The notes beneath the pieces are model-generated. The model was not told where the DNA came from. It was given only the letters and a program-made list of their open reading frames with translations, and did no database searches. Positions 38,991 through 51,600 of a stretch of 64,000 nt of DNA are shown piece by piece. The translations under genes and the position numbers were made by a program. Source of the DNA: Balanoglossus misakiensis (lineage: Eukaryota; Animalia; Hemichordata); assembly GCA_040954595.2 (NCBI GenBank), contig CM082584.2:6328110-6392109 (forward strand), written 5' to 3'. How positions within the stretch are numbered: the first letter of the stretch is position 1; each line of letters opens with the position of its first letter.

Positions 38991-41900
38991 TCACACACAC
39001 ATTACACATGAAAAACCAAAAAATGGTGAATGTTTGATCGCCCGACAAATATTCCCGTACATCAAAACGTAATTAATTCAAATTACATGCATTCATGCAA
39101 ATTGGATCCCCTCAATCCATGATCAGCTACAATTTAATTTTATGCCAGTTCTTTGAACATTTATGTCCGCCGCACCCAGTTACCTCAAGAATGAGCCTAC
39201 CCAACTCATCCCCGTGTTCGATAATGGTTTGATCCACTACTGGAGGATGCCTAGACCCATAATGCATCAGTGTTCAAATAACACAGCGTGTAGTTTGTAT
39301 ATTCCCACGGTTCGTAGTAGAAAATTGTGCTGCCACATGTAGCATATATCTATAAAGAAAATGAATGAAACGGATTCTGAATATTTTGTGACATAGCAAT
39401 TATGATATAATAATTTCAGATGTAGTCAGAGTTTTTGGTGTCTGCCTGATTAACAGGCTACTGGTACAGGGCTTGGGTGTACTCGTGTCTCGTAATGTGT
39501 ATCATATCGTGTTTTTACATGTAGGTCTACTGAAGGACTTTTTCCTCTCATGCAAGATTGTTGCGTATAGTGCCAGAATTGTGTCAATACGTAATACGAA
39601 GTTTCCAAGTGTTGATCTAGGATATCATAAAGTTGTGAAATTAAAAATGAATAAACAGACAAATAATTGTAGAGAAGATGTCTGTTTCTAATGTTTGCTG
39701 TCTGGAAAAACTTTGATGGGGGGGGGGGGGGGGCAGCGTATTGTTCAGAACAGTGCAGAGCGCCCTCAGTATATCAGGCGATGTGCATTAAACTCTTGTT
39801 TTTTGTAGTGGTTTCATCTAGATGCAAAAATGACAGGACGCCCTCAACGCGAAAGCTGTGTCAACCAATGTAATCTATTGTACCGAAACGATGGAAGAGA
39901 CATATATTTTTCTTTGACCAATTAATTAGGGATGGTTACTCTGATTGGCCAAGTAGGTGCTTCTTAATTGCAATGTAGCATATAAAAGGCTTTTAATTTC
40001 TAGAATACAATTAAGTCTTAACAATCGAAACTCGGCAGTCCGTCCGACGGGAAGCAGTGACGTTCAGTTTGGAAGAGTGACAAGTCATTTATATCTGGTA
40101 AGATATCGCCGGTATCCAATTATGAGAAAATGACATTTCTTATTTCTAATACATGTATACTCATCATGATTGCCGCGGATCTCAAAGATGCAATTATTCA
40201 TATACAGGGAGACAACCGAGTAAGCGTTGTATATGTGATATCACTAGCTTCGTCGGAGACTAAGTTATTGTCATGACGACGATAAATATAGCATATATGT
40301 CACGTTCGCCTGGTTTTACCCAGACTACTTCGCGGGATTTGTCCACTCGTGTCCACATGTTTCAACACTCATCGATTATCGACAAGCACCACAAAGCGCT
40401 GTAATTTGCCCACTTGTGGAGGGGATTAACTAATTGATTGGATCACCAATAACCCCGTCGGGGTCCTTTGAATAATTGCTACCGTTCGAATCACTAAGTA
40501 CATAGAGTGCAGTCAGCGCTTGTCTTGAGTGTAGACACAGTCCCTCTGCCATAGAGATGTGTCGACAATATGTTTTTAATGCTTTCACTTCGGAAATCAA
40601 TGTCTTAAAAACCGACGGCCGTCTGTTTTAGTTAAAAAGCACGATGAAAGGCACACCCATCAGTTTTGTTTATTTAAAAAAAATCAATAACAACAGGATT
40701 AAGGTGATAAAAAATCAATGGCAAACAAAGGCTTTCAACCAAATAAACATTCAATGTCGATAAGAATTAACGCGAGAATCAAGGGATGACGACATCCCCA
40801 GAAATATTGTCAAGGACCAATTTGCACGTTGTGTTTTAATAAGAGTGTGGGGTAGATCGTCATCTTTAGTAAAAACATGAAAACACGCATAAATTTTATA
40901 TGGAAAATAAATTAAAAAAACAGTGTCTAGAGATCGACAGCGACCCAGTTCCGCTAATCATTTAATATTAAATGTGTGAGTTTATTTGTGTTTTGAGTTG
41001 ACCATTATTACTTTGCATTCTAGTACATCGTTCGGTCAGCTGTTAGTTGTATGAAAGCATATACCATGGAGGGTATATTATGAAAGGTAATCTTCTTTCT
41101 TGTAGTCGAATAAATATTTCCATGGTAAAAGTTGTGGCCAATACCAGAGTTTGAAAGTTCATCTACAATCATATTGTGTCCGTCAACATATATGTTGTGA
41201 GCCGTTGATTCTGTATGTATCATATAACGAAATAATTGCCACCAATTTTTTTTTTTAATTTTTAAAACGCGGGAAAATAGTCAGGGACGCGCCTTTTTCT
41301 AAAGAGGCTAACCGACAATCACCCGTGAAAAGGTTAATTTTCTTCCAGACATTGTCTGCGACAACACCTTTGGGAAGATTGAAATTCGTCAAATACAGCC
41401 CCGCCTCTTTTTTGCAAGTGTGATATACAATGATCAGTGTGAACAGCGGGAATGCTGTGAATTATTACCACAATCCGTTTGCTGTGGCGCTAAAAAATAT
41501 TTATTATAGTTGCTGTAATTTCGAGAGTCGATTTTGCGTTGTGAATTTATCTGCTCGTTCGAAACAGAGTCTTATATCTATTTGGACAACACTCACTTTC
41601 TTCATTGACAGTGCTAGTGCCTGGAAGAGCGAGATTTACAAAAGCGGTACTGAATCAAATCAAATCAAATTCAGCCGACGTTTATTTGCGCTGCGAGAAC
41701 TTTATAGATACAAAATGCAAAACCCTGGGAACATGACCACCCGACAATTATCTTCGAACACTCGGTTGACATCTTGCATAAATTCGCGCGAAAATGCGTT
41801 CGAAATGATTAACTTGAACGAGACGCGTCCGTCACGCCAAACACCAACACAAATAATTCCCGATTACTAGGTCGTTAACACTTTCTGGTTACAATCCACA

Positions 41901-42023
41901 CTCAAAATGTGAATGTTCGTGTCAATGTTTTAGTGTGAGACACATGATTGCACTTTATTTGCAATTCTAAAGTGACATCACCCTTTCCATGCGCATGACT
42001 CGCGACTGTGCCTGTGCACTGTG

Positions 42024-42051
42024 CCTTTCTTTCTTTCTTTCTTTCTTTCTT

Positions 42052-42082
<31 letters not shown>

Positions 42083-42088
42083 TTCTTT
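42024..42088. repeat. (CTTT)n(CTGT)n compound tetranucleotide microsatellite
   Basis: Seen directly. Confidence 0.9.
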
Positions 42089-43275
42089 ATGTCTTTCTTT
42101 CTTGTTGGGGTTTATACCAATCCATCTGGTGGCAAGCACCGCCGCTGGGAGAGTGGGATACACAGACATGTATAGTTACGTAAGCCGTGGTCTATGGAGT
42201 GAAAGTCTTTTTGACTGAGCACAGACAAAGAGAGACGCGGAGAGGCATTTGAAGTTACAATAGCGATGTTTGTTTTGTCATTATGGTTGTCTGTTGTTTC
42301 TCCAGCTCTCTTACCTCGGAAGAGTCTGCAGTGTTCCATCCCAAGAACTGGAACTTAAGGAATGTTTGCTTCGGGCAAATTTGCGAAAAACTCCAATATT
42401 TGTTATCTTTGGGCTCAGAAGGGGTTGGTTGACTGGTCATGGAAACCACCTGTTGAGTCAAACCCTTCCGCACGTTTTAACTGTATCGCAGCACGCTTAG
42501 TTGCGGGGTTTATCTAAGGACACATGAAAAAGCGCACCGCGCACTCATTCGACCATGAACTTGCTTTCTAAAAAATGTGGAGGTAATTATCCTTGGCACT
42601 TTTTAGCGTCGTTTGACCTTGGGTAATACCCGCGGGTTTACAGACATGCGTGTAGCAGACGAATATAGCGTCCCTGAACAGTTGGTGATTTTCTCACCAC
42701 GACGCACTACTAGTGTATTCACGCCAATGACAGAGAGACAATATACTATGGTTTCTGCATGCCATTTGGTCGCACCGAAGTCCACGTCCGCCAAAACATG
42801 GACACCCCTCTTGTGCGTTCATGGCCAAGCCGCGAAAAGCCAATGCAAAGTAGTTGCCATTAGATTTAAATAACAGAGGGGACTTTTCAATTCTGTAAGC
42901 TTCTCTCGTTATTGATTCGTGTCCAATTGTTTATAACCGTTGCTGGCTTTTGTTCCAGGCGACTATTAACTTGTGGTTGATTGGTACATCTGCGGTATAA
43001 ATGGACAAACACCTAGCCATGATGTGAGTGAGCACTCCGACTCATGTGTGGCATGTTCTTATAGGAAGCTGTCGTTTCTCTCCTTACTTTTTCAACAGAT
43101 AAGCGACGCTTTCCAGGGTCGAGGAGTTGGCATTTTAGGTGAGCTTGAAGTTCAATTTCACTCGCGATTTCGGGATCTGAAACGGATGGTCGGCGGTGTG
43201 CGGGCCGTGTGATACTTCGACCTGAAGAATTCGATACACGCCCAACCAGGTGTTAATCAAATCAAGAGCGTTGCT

Positions 43276-46097
43276 ATGGAGAAAGAGCAAGATATACTGG
43301 TATCGTCGACCCCACAGGCCGGCAAGATAGGGGAGCCGGTGATCATGCAGGCGGGCCTGTCCGGCGCGGCCAGGCGTCGCAACGGCTCCGAATTTACCGA
43401 GCTGTCGTCGCCGTATCACGGCGACGACGACGCCAACACGTGTAGTCCGGTAAAACTCACGACGTCCATCATCCTGATAGCGTTGCTCGCGGGTTATCTG
43501 CTGCTGGGCGGACTCGCGTTCTGGAAGATCGAGGGAACCAACCAACAGACGCGGCAAGACTCGGTGAACAGCCAGCGCGCCGCAATCATCAGCGCCCTGG
43601 TCGCCGAGCTGGCTGGCAACGATTCCACCATCTGGAATATTTCTTCGGCCAACTTGACCACTGCACTGGACAATAGCTTCCTGGAATACCACGCAATTCT
43701 TTACTCGGAATGCTCGGGCGGGACCCTGACTCCCGGAGTGGATATAGCCATGAGGTGGGAGTTTTTCAGTGGATATGTGCTGGCGCTCACCATAGTAACA
43801 ACTATTGGTAAGTAGTTACCTAACAATAGTGCGCTGTTGTGGTTTCAGTACAAAAGACACCAGTGAGCTTATTATAAAATAAAGTGGTCTCGTTTGTCTG
43901 ATGTTAGTACCTCTGTTGTCCTTTTTCTGTTTTACAAAAATCATGTAAAAACTTTCATTTATTTTTGCGCGAACAGCCAGCAAAGCGATCTATAGACAAT
44001 GTCGTCAAATATGGCGGCGGTTCCCGGGCACGCATCTACATGTCCATGGATGGAGGTAGAGACGCGTTACTGTAGACAACTGACGGCCCATCGCCGGCCC
44101 TTTATGAAATACAGAATAACCGCATAAACGCCGATTTTTTTTCTGTGGCCGTAACACTGTGTTCAAACACGGTCACTCCACACATAATGGGGGGAGGGGG
44201 GGTCGTTTCAGACGTCATCTGAAAGATCAGATTCGGAAAGAAAACCTATGCGTATATTGTGGGAAAACTTTCGAATAAAATACTGCAGTCATTTTGTCTC
44301 GTACTTGTTGTCTATTCCTCTGCATTGTATGTGTAATACTAGTCTACACATGGACTTTGCTCAGCGCGACGAGGACAGAAAAAAACAAAGAATGGCTTCA
44401 ACGACTTTCACCTAATCAATATTACAGCTAATAAAAATCGAAACAATACCCCACGCTTAGGCAACGGAGCCGGTGCAAATAAAAACGTAACATCTCAGTC
44501 AACCCCGCTGCGCATTTGATGTCTGTACCTATTGTCTCCGGTAATTACAATGGTCCATTCTCACCTCGTGTATTGGGTTGCCATGCAATACTAATTAAAC
44601 AAACAAAAAAGATCCCACGGCGTACCCTAAAATCTTCACACGAATTATGACACGCAGTTCGGGTGATTAATTGGCAACCGCCCCGAAAGAATAATTAACC
44701 CGCCAGTTGATGACACCATAGATAATAGAGAGGGGGGGAAGATCTCCCCTCCCCCTCCCCCCCCCTCCGACACCATGGAGCTCCATGCTGACACTTTTCA
44801 ACCCAGTTACGCTCACATCTTATTTTTTATCGAAAACACGGTTAAACTGAATTGAAATTAATAAAATAATTGAAGTGCATTCTAACCCAAATTATCGATA
44901 CTTCTTTGGATTTATTTTTGCTCGGATCGGGAGAGGTTTTGTTGGTCGTCCATGCAACAACGAACTTTTTCTTTCCAAGCCCCCCCCCCTCCATTTCATA
45001 TTCAGCAACCAGCAACAATACAACAATTTAAAAACTGAACCAATACTTCTTTTTAAACTTTTCATACAGGTTATGGACATATTTTGCCGCGGTCAACTAA
45101 CGGACAGATCTTCTGTATATTTTACGCGCTGATTGGAATACCACTTTTCTTGCTGTTTCTCGGTAACCTTGGCAACTGTATTGCCACCTGGGTAAGGAAG
45201 AGGGCGCGTGCCATCTTGAGGTGGTACAATACGCGCCGGGCGAAGAAACGGAGAGGAGAAGAGCTGTCCGCCGTCGTCTCTAACGATCAGACGGCCGCGT
45301 CACAGACTATGTCAGATAACTGGGTTTTGAAGGAACAAGGAAGCAAGCAACAGCAAGGCGAATCATCCGAGGCCGATGTGGGCGGAGACAGACACGACGT
45401 CGGCATCCAGGCAGACGACGGTGTCCCAGACGGGGAGCGAAAGAATGATGAACTCCAAACACGGAACAAAGTGTGCGCTGTGGCCCCGTGGGCGATCGAA
45501 GACGAAGGTTGCGAGCCCCCTGTTCAAAAAGACGTGAAGGAAACCTCCGAGGATCTTAACACCAGTGGAGCGTCCAACAACAACCACCGCGAGAGTATAG
45601 CGATGGAAGAACTGTATCACATACCGGGCGAGGTCAAACAAGAAACGAAATACCACACCGTGATTGTAGGCAAAACGGGCTTACCGGTCGATGGTGGTGG
45701 TAATCGCAAGGGGGTACAGCAGGTTAGCGAAACAGAAGAATCGCTGTCTTTTGTGATTCTGAACTTCATGTTCTTTTTTTACCTTTTTCTGGTGGCGCTC
45801 GTTGTGTACGCCACACAGCCGCAGTGGACATATTTTGAATGTGTCTACTTTTGCATAATCACCATAACAACCATAGGATTCGGGGACTACGTCTTGACCA
45901 GGGGATCGAGCGATTTGGATAAGTTTTTAAAACCGTTCATGGTGGCATTTTTCATCATTCTGGGACTCATGATAATATCGGCCATATTCAACACCGCCCA
46001 GGTCGGCATGAGACAGTTGGGTTCGTGGATAGTTCGGCGAATCAAGAGTCTCTTTTGTCGGCCATGTAAACGACAAAAAAGAATTCATGAATCGTAA
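43276..46097 (+). CDS. Two-pore-domain (K2P/KCNK, TWiK family) potassium channel, TRESK/KCNK18-like topology, ~519 aa
   Basis: Exons 43276-43807 and 45070-46097. The intron splits the first selectivity filter (TTIG|YG). TM1 (LLAGYLLLGGLAFWKIE), cap with Cys, TM2 (IFCIFYALIGIPLF), ~190-aa loop, second pore (YFCIITITTIGFGDYV), TM4, short C-tail. Confidence 0.92.
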
Positions 46098-48017
46098 ATA
46101 AGCCTAAAGTAAACAATTGTCAAAATTCGTTTGCACGTAGTCGAAAAGTCATTTGCGCCATAAAGTGCGACCATGTTCGCCATTAAATCAATTTGTAGGC
46201 CTGTTTAGTGTGTTCAAGAAGATATTTTACTAGAGATGAAATAATTTGAGACACATTCACCGATGATAACACCATCCTGTCCAGACTGTAGAGTCTATGC
46301 ACCATCTGAGCGCGTTGCGTATTATCCAATATATATTTTATTATCGATTCACTATATTTCACATATAAAGCATACTTCTTTAGAGATTACTAGAAAATAT
46401 GCTGTTTGAAATTGCCGACTGTTTTTGGTGCAACGTTAACAGATTTCACTGCCATGCAGTCCTATAGGGACTACAAATGCGCGTTACGTTTGCCATACTA
46501 CATGTACTGTATTGGACGTTTTTGTCGTGCTGCATCTGGGCAATTATAATACATGCTGTAGACCAGCCTTTCGTCGTGAAAGGTGAACATAGAAGAGTTT
46601 GTACTTGACAATCCAAATTTATTTTTTATATACATTTCTCTTGAAAAGAGTGATGCTGCACAATTAAGGAGAGCATTTTAATGAAAATGACTAGTATTAC
46701 ACGCGTACATGTCAAAACATGTGTGTTAGAATCTTATACTTCCCAATGATGTGATCGTTGCCATCTGCACAGGTGTATCTTAGTGACAGTTTAGAAAATA
46801 GATGCGTGTCTGTTTTACTTTTGAACCATCAATGTTAATATTTTAGACAGGTTAAGAAGACAAAATGACAATCTTCTGACACCAAGAAAAATATAAATAG
46901 AATATTGCTTAGGTTTTATCAGGCATTCTATGAACTTGGTGTAGCTGAGCCGTAATTATTGAAAATGACATTGTATTCCAGATAGAGACTTTGAATCGTA
47001 AGGTTGTCCAATAAAATCTTGTTACCTATGAATGAACTATTTTGCTGTGTATCACAAATAGCAAAAGAGTAACTATAAACTAATTTGCATAAACATGGTA
47101 ACTATTGTTATGTAAACTAAGTTCTATTGTCTTCTCAAAATTAAAGAGTTGCGCGATTTCCGTGCCCTATGCGTCAATTGCTCTTGTGGGAACGCTGTAA
47201 ACTTCAACAAAATTTCAGTGGAAAGTTGACTAACCAAAAATCATGTACAGTTTTAAACTGCTTCGTGGTGTTACAAATAAACGAATTATTTTCAACGACA
47301 AATGTGTTTTGGTCATTTTTGCCCCTGTGCGTGTCAAGCATGATAACAAATGTATACCACTGAATTTTCCCGTCTCGTATTTTAATTAAAGGTATTAGAA
47401 TACTGTTTATACCACTTCCAAAGATGTGCCCGGGACTGGTACCATCGTCAAGGAAATTTAGACCACATTGTCGTTACCATAAAATTAAGACCTTACAACC
47501 AGAACGTCGAATCCACCTATGAAACAGCAAAGTACAGTGAACTGTCAACCTTTGGTTGCCTCTGTCTTGTTCAAAACACAACAATGCAAATTCATCTGCG
47601 TATAATGATGGTACCCTGAGGTATGGTAAACCTAGATGAACACGCACGATATCAAATGTTTTGTTCAGCAAAGTCACCATATGCCGAAGAGCTTTTTTTA
47701 AATTTATAAGTGGTCGTCTGAACTTTATCAAAAGCTGGAAACAGTACATTCAAGGTTTTCTTATAAAATAATTTTATTTATCAGTCTGATGTTTTCCCCA
47801 GTTCTAAGGTTGCGATCAATTAACACTATGAAACTGTTTCTAAACTCGCCGGCGGATATTTTAGGAGCTTAATGAGGACGGGTGCTTTTTGTCCACACAT
47901 TTGCTGGTATGTTTGTTTCCGTGAGTAGAATATTATGCACCTATTGCTGAATAATATGAATTGCTAATGTCTACATACATGTATTGCGTTCTCACATAGA
48001 ATAATTCCCTGCCAAAT

Positions 48018-48199
48018 TACTGTAAAACGCGGAATTTTCGCGATATGTAAAGAGGCAACTGTTACGCGACGATAAATTTTCTCGAATTTTACTAACTGTA
48101 TTTATTCATCTACCTCCATGCTGCATGCGACTTTTTATTTTCGCATTTTTCGGCTCTCTCGAAAATTTATCGTCCGCGAAAATTTCCAGTTTTACAGCA
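48018..48199. mobile_element. TA-flanked CTGTAAAA MITE, copy 3
   Basis: TA|CTGTAAAACGCGGAATTTTCGCG ... CGCGAAAATTTCCAGTTTTACAG|ca. Confidence 0.7.
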
Positions 48200-48605
48200 G
48201 ACAAATATGCAAATACAGCATTATTGCCCATGATGCTTTACACCACCAGTCGATGTATCAAATGTGGTTATTTTGTTCCCGGATTTTGTTCTGTCGCTTG
48301 AAGAGAAATGTCATAAACACGCGTAGGAGCCGTCAGGCAGGTAAATATATTTTTGAAAGGTCTGACTTCACAAGTTTGAACAGATAAAAGCTTTCGAAAT
48401 AATACTGAATTTTGTGTTTAATAAATAACCATCACTACTACAACTCCTAATTTAGTTACAAACTTTGCAATTAAGCACTGAATGCGACTACAAACAGCTA
48501 AACATGTTTAAAAAGAAACAACTTTCATCACAATAGGAACAAATCTGACTATTTTCTTTAAAAAATGCAAATGATAAGAATGCATTTCGGAAAGTCGCAT
48601 TTCTA

Positions 48606-51600
48606 TTATAGCTCATGAAAATCATCCAAAAATGACAATTTTTCGACTTTCCGAAATATCAAAATTTCCTCATTTTTTCGAAAAAATCATGGGTTATAGC
48701 TCATGAAAATAATCAAAAAATGACAAATTTTCGACTTTCCGAAATATCAAAATTTCCTCATTTTTTCGAAAAAATCATGGGTTATAGCTCTTGAAAATCA
48801 TCCAAAAATGACAATTTTTGGACTTTCCGAAATATCAAAATTTCTTCATTTTTTCGAAAAAATCATGGGGTATAGCTCATGAAAATCATCCAAAAATGAC
48901 AATTTTTCGACTTTCCGAAATATCAAAATTCCTTCATTTTTTTCGAAAAATAAGCATGAGTTATAGCTCATGAAAATCATCCAAAAATGAGAATTTTTCG
49001 ACTTTCCGAAATATCAAGATTTCCTCATTTTTTCGAAAAAATCATGGGTTATAGCTCATGAAAATCATCCAAAAATGAGAATTTTTCGACTTTGCGGAAT
49101 TTCAAAATTTGGCCGATTTTTGAAAAAATCATGGGTTATAGCTCATGAAAATCATCCAAAAATGAGAATTTTTCGACTTTGCGGAATTTCAAAATTTGGC
49201 CGATTTTTGAAAAAATCATGGGTTATAACTCATGAAAATCATCCAAAAATGAGAATTTTTCGACTTTGCGGAATTTCAAAATTTGGCCGATTTTTGAAAA
49301 AATCATGTGTAAAAGCTCATGAAAATCATCCAAAAATGAGAATTTTTCGACTTAGCGGAATTTCAAAATTTGGCCGATTTTTTGAAAAAATCATGGGTTA
49401 TAGCTCATGAAAATCATCCAAAAATGAGAATTTTTCGACTTTGCGGAATTTCAAAATTTGGCCGATTTTTGAAAAAATCATGGGTTATAACTCATGAAAA
49501 TCATCCAAAAATGAGAATTTTTCGACTTTGCGGAATTTCAAAATTTGGCCGATTTTTGAAAAAATCATGGGTAAAAGCTCATGAAAATCATCCAAAAATG
49601 AGAATTTTTCGACTTAGCGGAATTTCAAAATTTGGCCGATTTTTTGAAAAAATCATGGGTTATAGCTCATGAAAATCATCCAAACATGAGAATTTTTCGA
49701 CTTTGCGGGATTTCAAAATTTGGCCGATTTTTGAAAAAATCATGGGTTATAGCTCATGAAAATCATCCAAACATGAGAATTTTTCGACTTTGCGGAATTT
49801 CAAAATTTGGCCGATTTTTGAAAAAATCATGGGTTATAGCTCATGAAAATCATCCAAAAATGAGAATTTTTCGACTTTGCGGAATTTCAAAATTTGGCCG
49901 ATTTTTGAAAAAATCATGGGTAAAAGCTCATGAAAATCATCCAAAAATGAGAATTTTTCGACTTAGCGGAATTTCAAAATTTGGCCGATTTTTTGAAAAA
50001 ATCATGGGTTATAGCTCATGAAAATCATCCAAACATGAGAATTTTTCGACTTTGCGGGATTTCAAAATTTGGCCGATTTTTGAAAAAATCATGGGTTATA
50101 GCTCATGAAAATCATCCAAACATGAGAATTTTTCGACTTTGCGGAATTTCAAAATTTGGCCGATTTTTGAAAAAATCATGGGTTATAGCTCATGAAAATC
50201 ATCCAAAAATGAGAATTTTTCGACTTTGCGGAATTTCAAAATTTGGCCGATTTTTGAAAAAATCATGGGTTATAGCTCATGAAAATCATCCAAAAATGAG
50301 AATTTTTCGACTTTGCGGAATTTCAAAATTTGGCCGATTTTTGAAAAAATCATGGGTTATAGCTCATGAAAATCATCCAAAAATGAGAATTTTTCGACTT
50401 TGCGGGATTTAAAAATTTGGCCGATTTTTGAAAAAATCATGGGTTATAGCTCATAAAAATCATCCAAAAATGAGAATTTTTCGACTTTGCGGAATTTCAA
50501 AATTTGGCCGATTTTTGAAAAAATCATGGGTTATAGCTCATGAAAATCATCAAAAAATGAGAATTTTTCGACTTTCCGAAATATCAAGATTTCCTCATTT
50601 TTTCGAAAAAATCATGGGTTATAGCTCATGAAAATCATCCAAAAATGAGAATTTTTCGACTTTGCGGAATTTCAAAATTTGGCCGATTTTTGAAAAAATC
50701 ATGGGTTATAGCTCATGAAAATCATCCAAAAATGAGAATTTTTCGACTTTGCGGAATTTCAAAATTTGGCCGATTTTTTGAAAAAATCATGGGTTATAGC
50801 TCATGAAAATCATCCAAAAATGAGAATTTTTCGACTTTGCGGAATTTCAAAATTTGGCCGATTTTTGAAAAAATCATGGGTTATAACTCATGAAAATCAT
50901 CCAAAAATGAGAATTTTTCGACTTTGCGGAATTTCAAAATTTGGCCGATTTTTGAAAAAATCATGGGTAAAAGCTCATGAAAATCATCCAAAAATGAGAA
51001 TTTTTCGACTTTGCGGAATTTCAAAATTTGGCCGATTTTTTGAAAAAATCATGGGTTATAGCTCATGAAAATCATCCAAACATGAGAATTTTTCGACTTT
51101 GCGGGATTTCAAAATTTGACCGATTTTTGAAAAAATCATGGGTTATAGCTCATGAAAATCATCCAAACATGAGAATTTTTCGACTTTGCGGAATTTCAAA
51201 ATTTGGCCGATTTTTGAAAAAATCATGGGTTATAGCTCATGAAAATCATCCAAAAATGAGAATTTTTCGACTTTGCGGAATTTCAAAATTTGGCCGATTT
51301 TTGAAAAAATCATGGGTTATAGCTCATGAAAATCATCCAAAAATGAGAATTTTTCGACTTTGCGGAATTTCAAAATTTGGCCGATTATTGAAAAAATCAT
51401 GGGTTATAGCTCATGAAAATCATCCAAAAATGAGAATTTTTCGACTTTGCGGGATTTAAAAATTTGGCCGATTTTTGAAAAAATCATGGGTTATAGCTCA
51501 TGAAAATCATCCAAAAATGAGAATTTTTCGACTTTGCGGAATTTCAAAATTTGGCCGATTTTTGAAAAAATCATGGGTTATAGCTCATGAAAATCATCAA

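Noticed and set aside
41430-41870. 146-aa ORF upstream of the K2P gene
   Set aside because: No recognisable domain or splice support; likely a chance ORF in the regulatory or UTR region.
43135-43692. 185-aa minus-strand ORF
   Set aside because: Antisense shadow of K2P exon 1.
44729-44768. G/C-run segment (possible G-quadruplex or hairpin) in the K2P intron
   Set aside because: Low-complexity homopolymer runs with no evidence of function.
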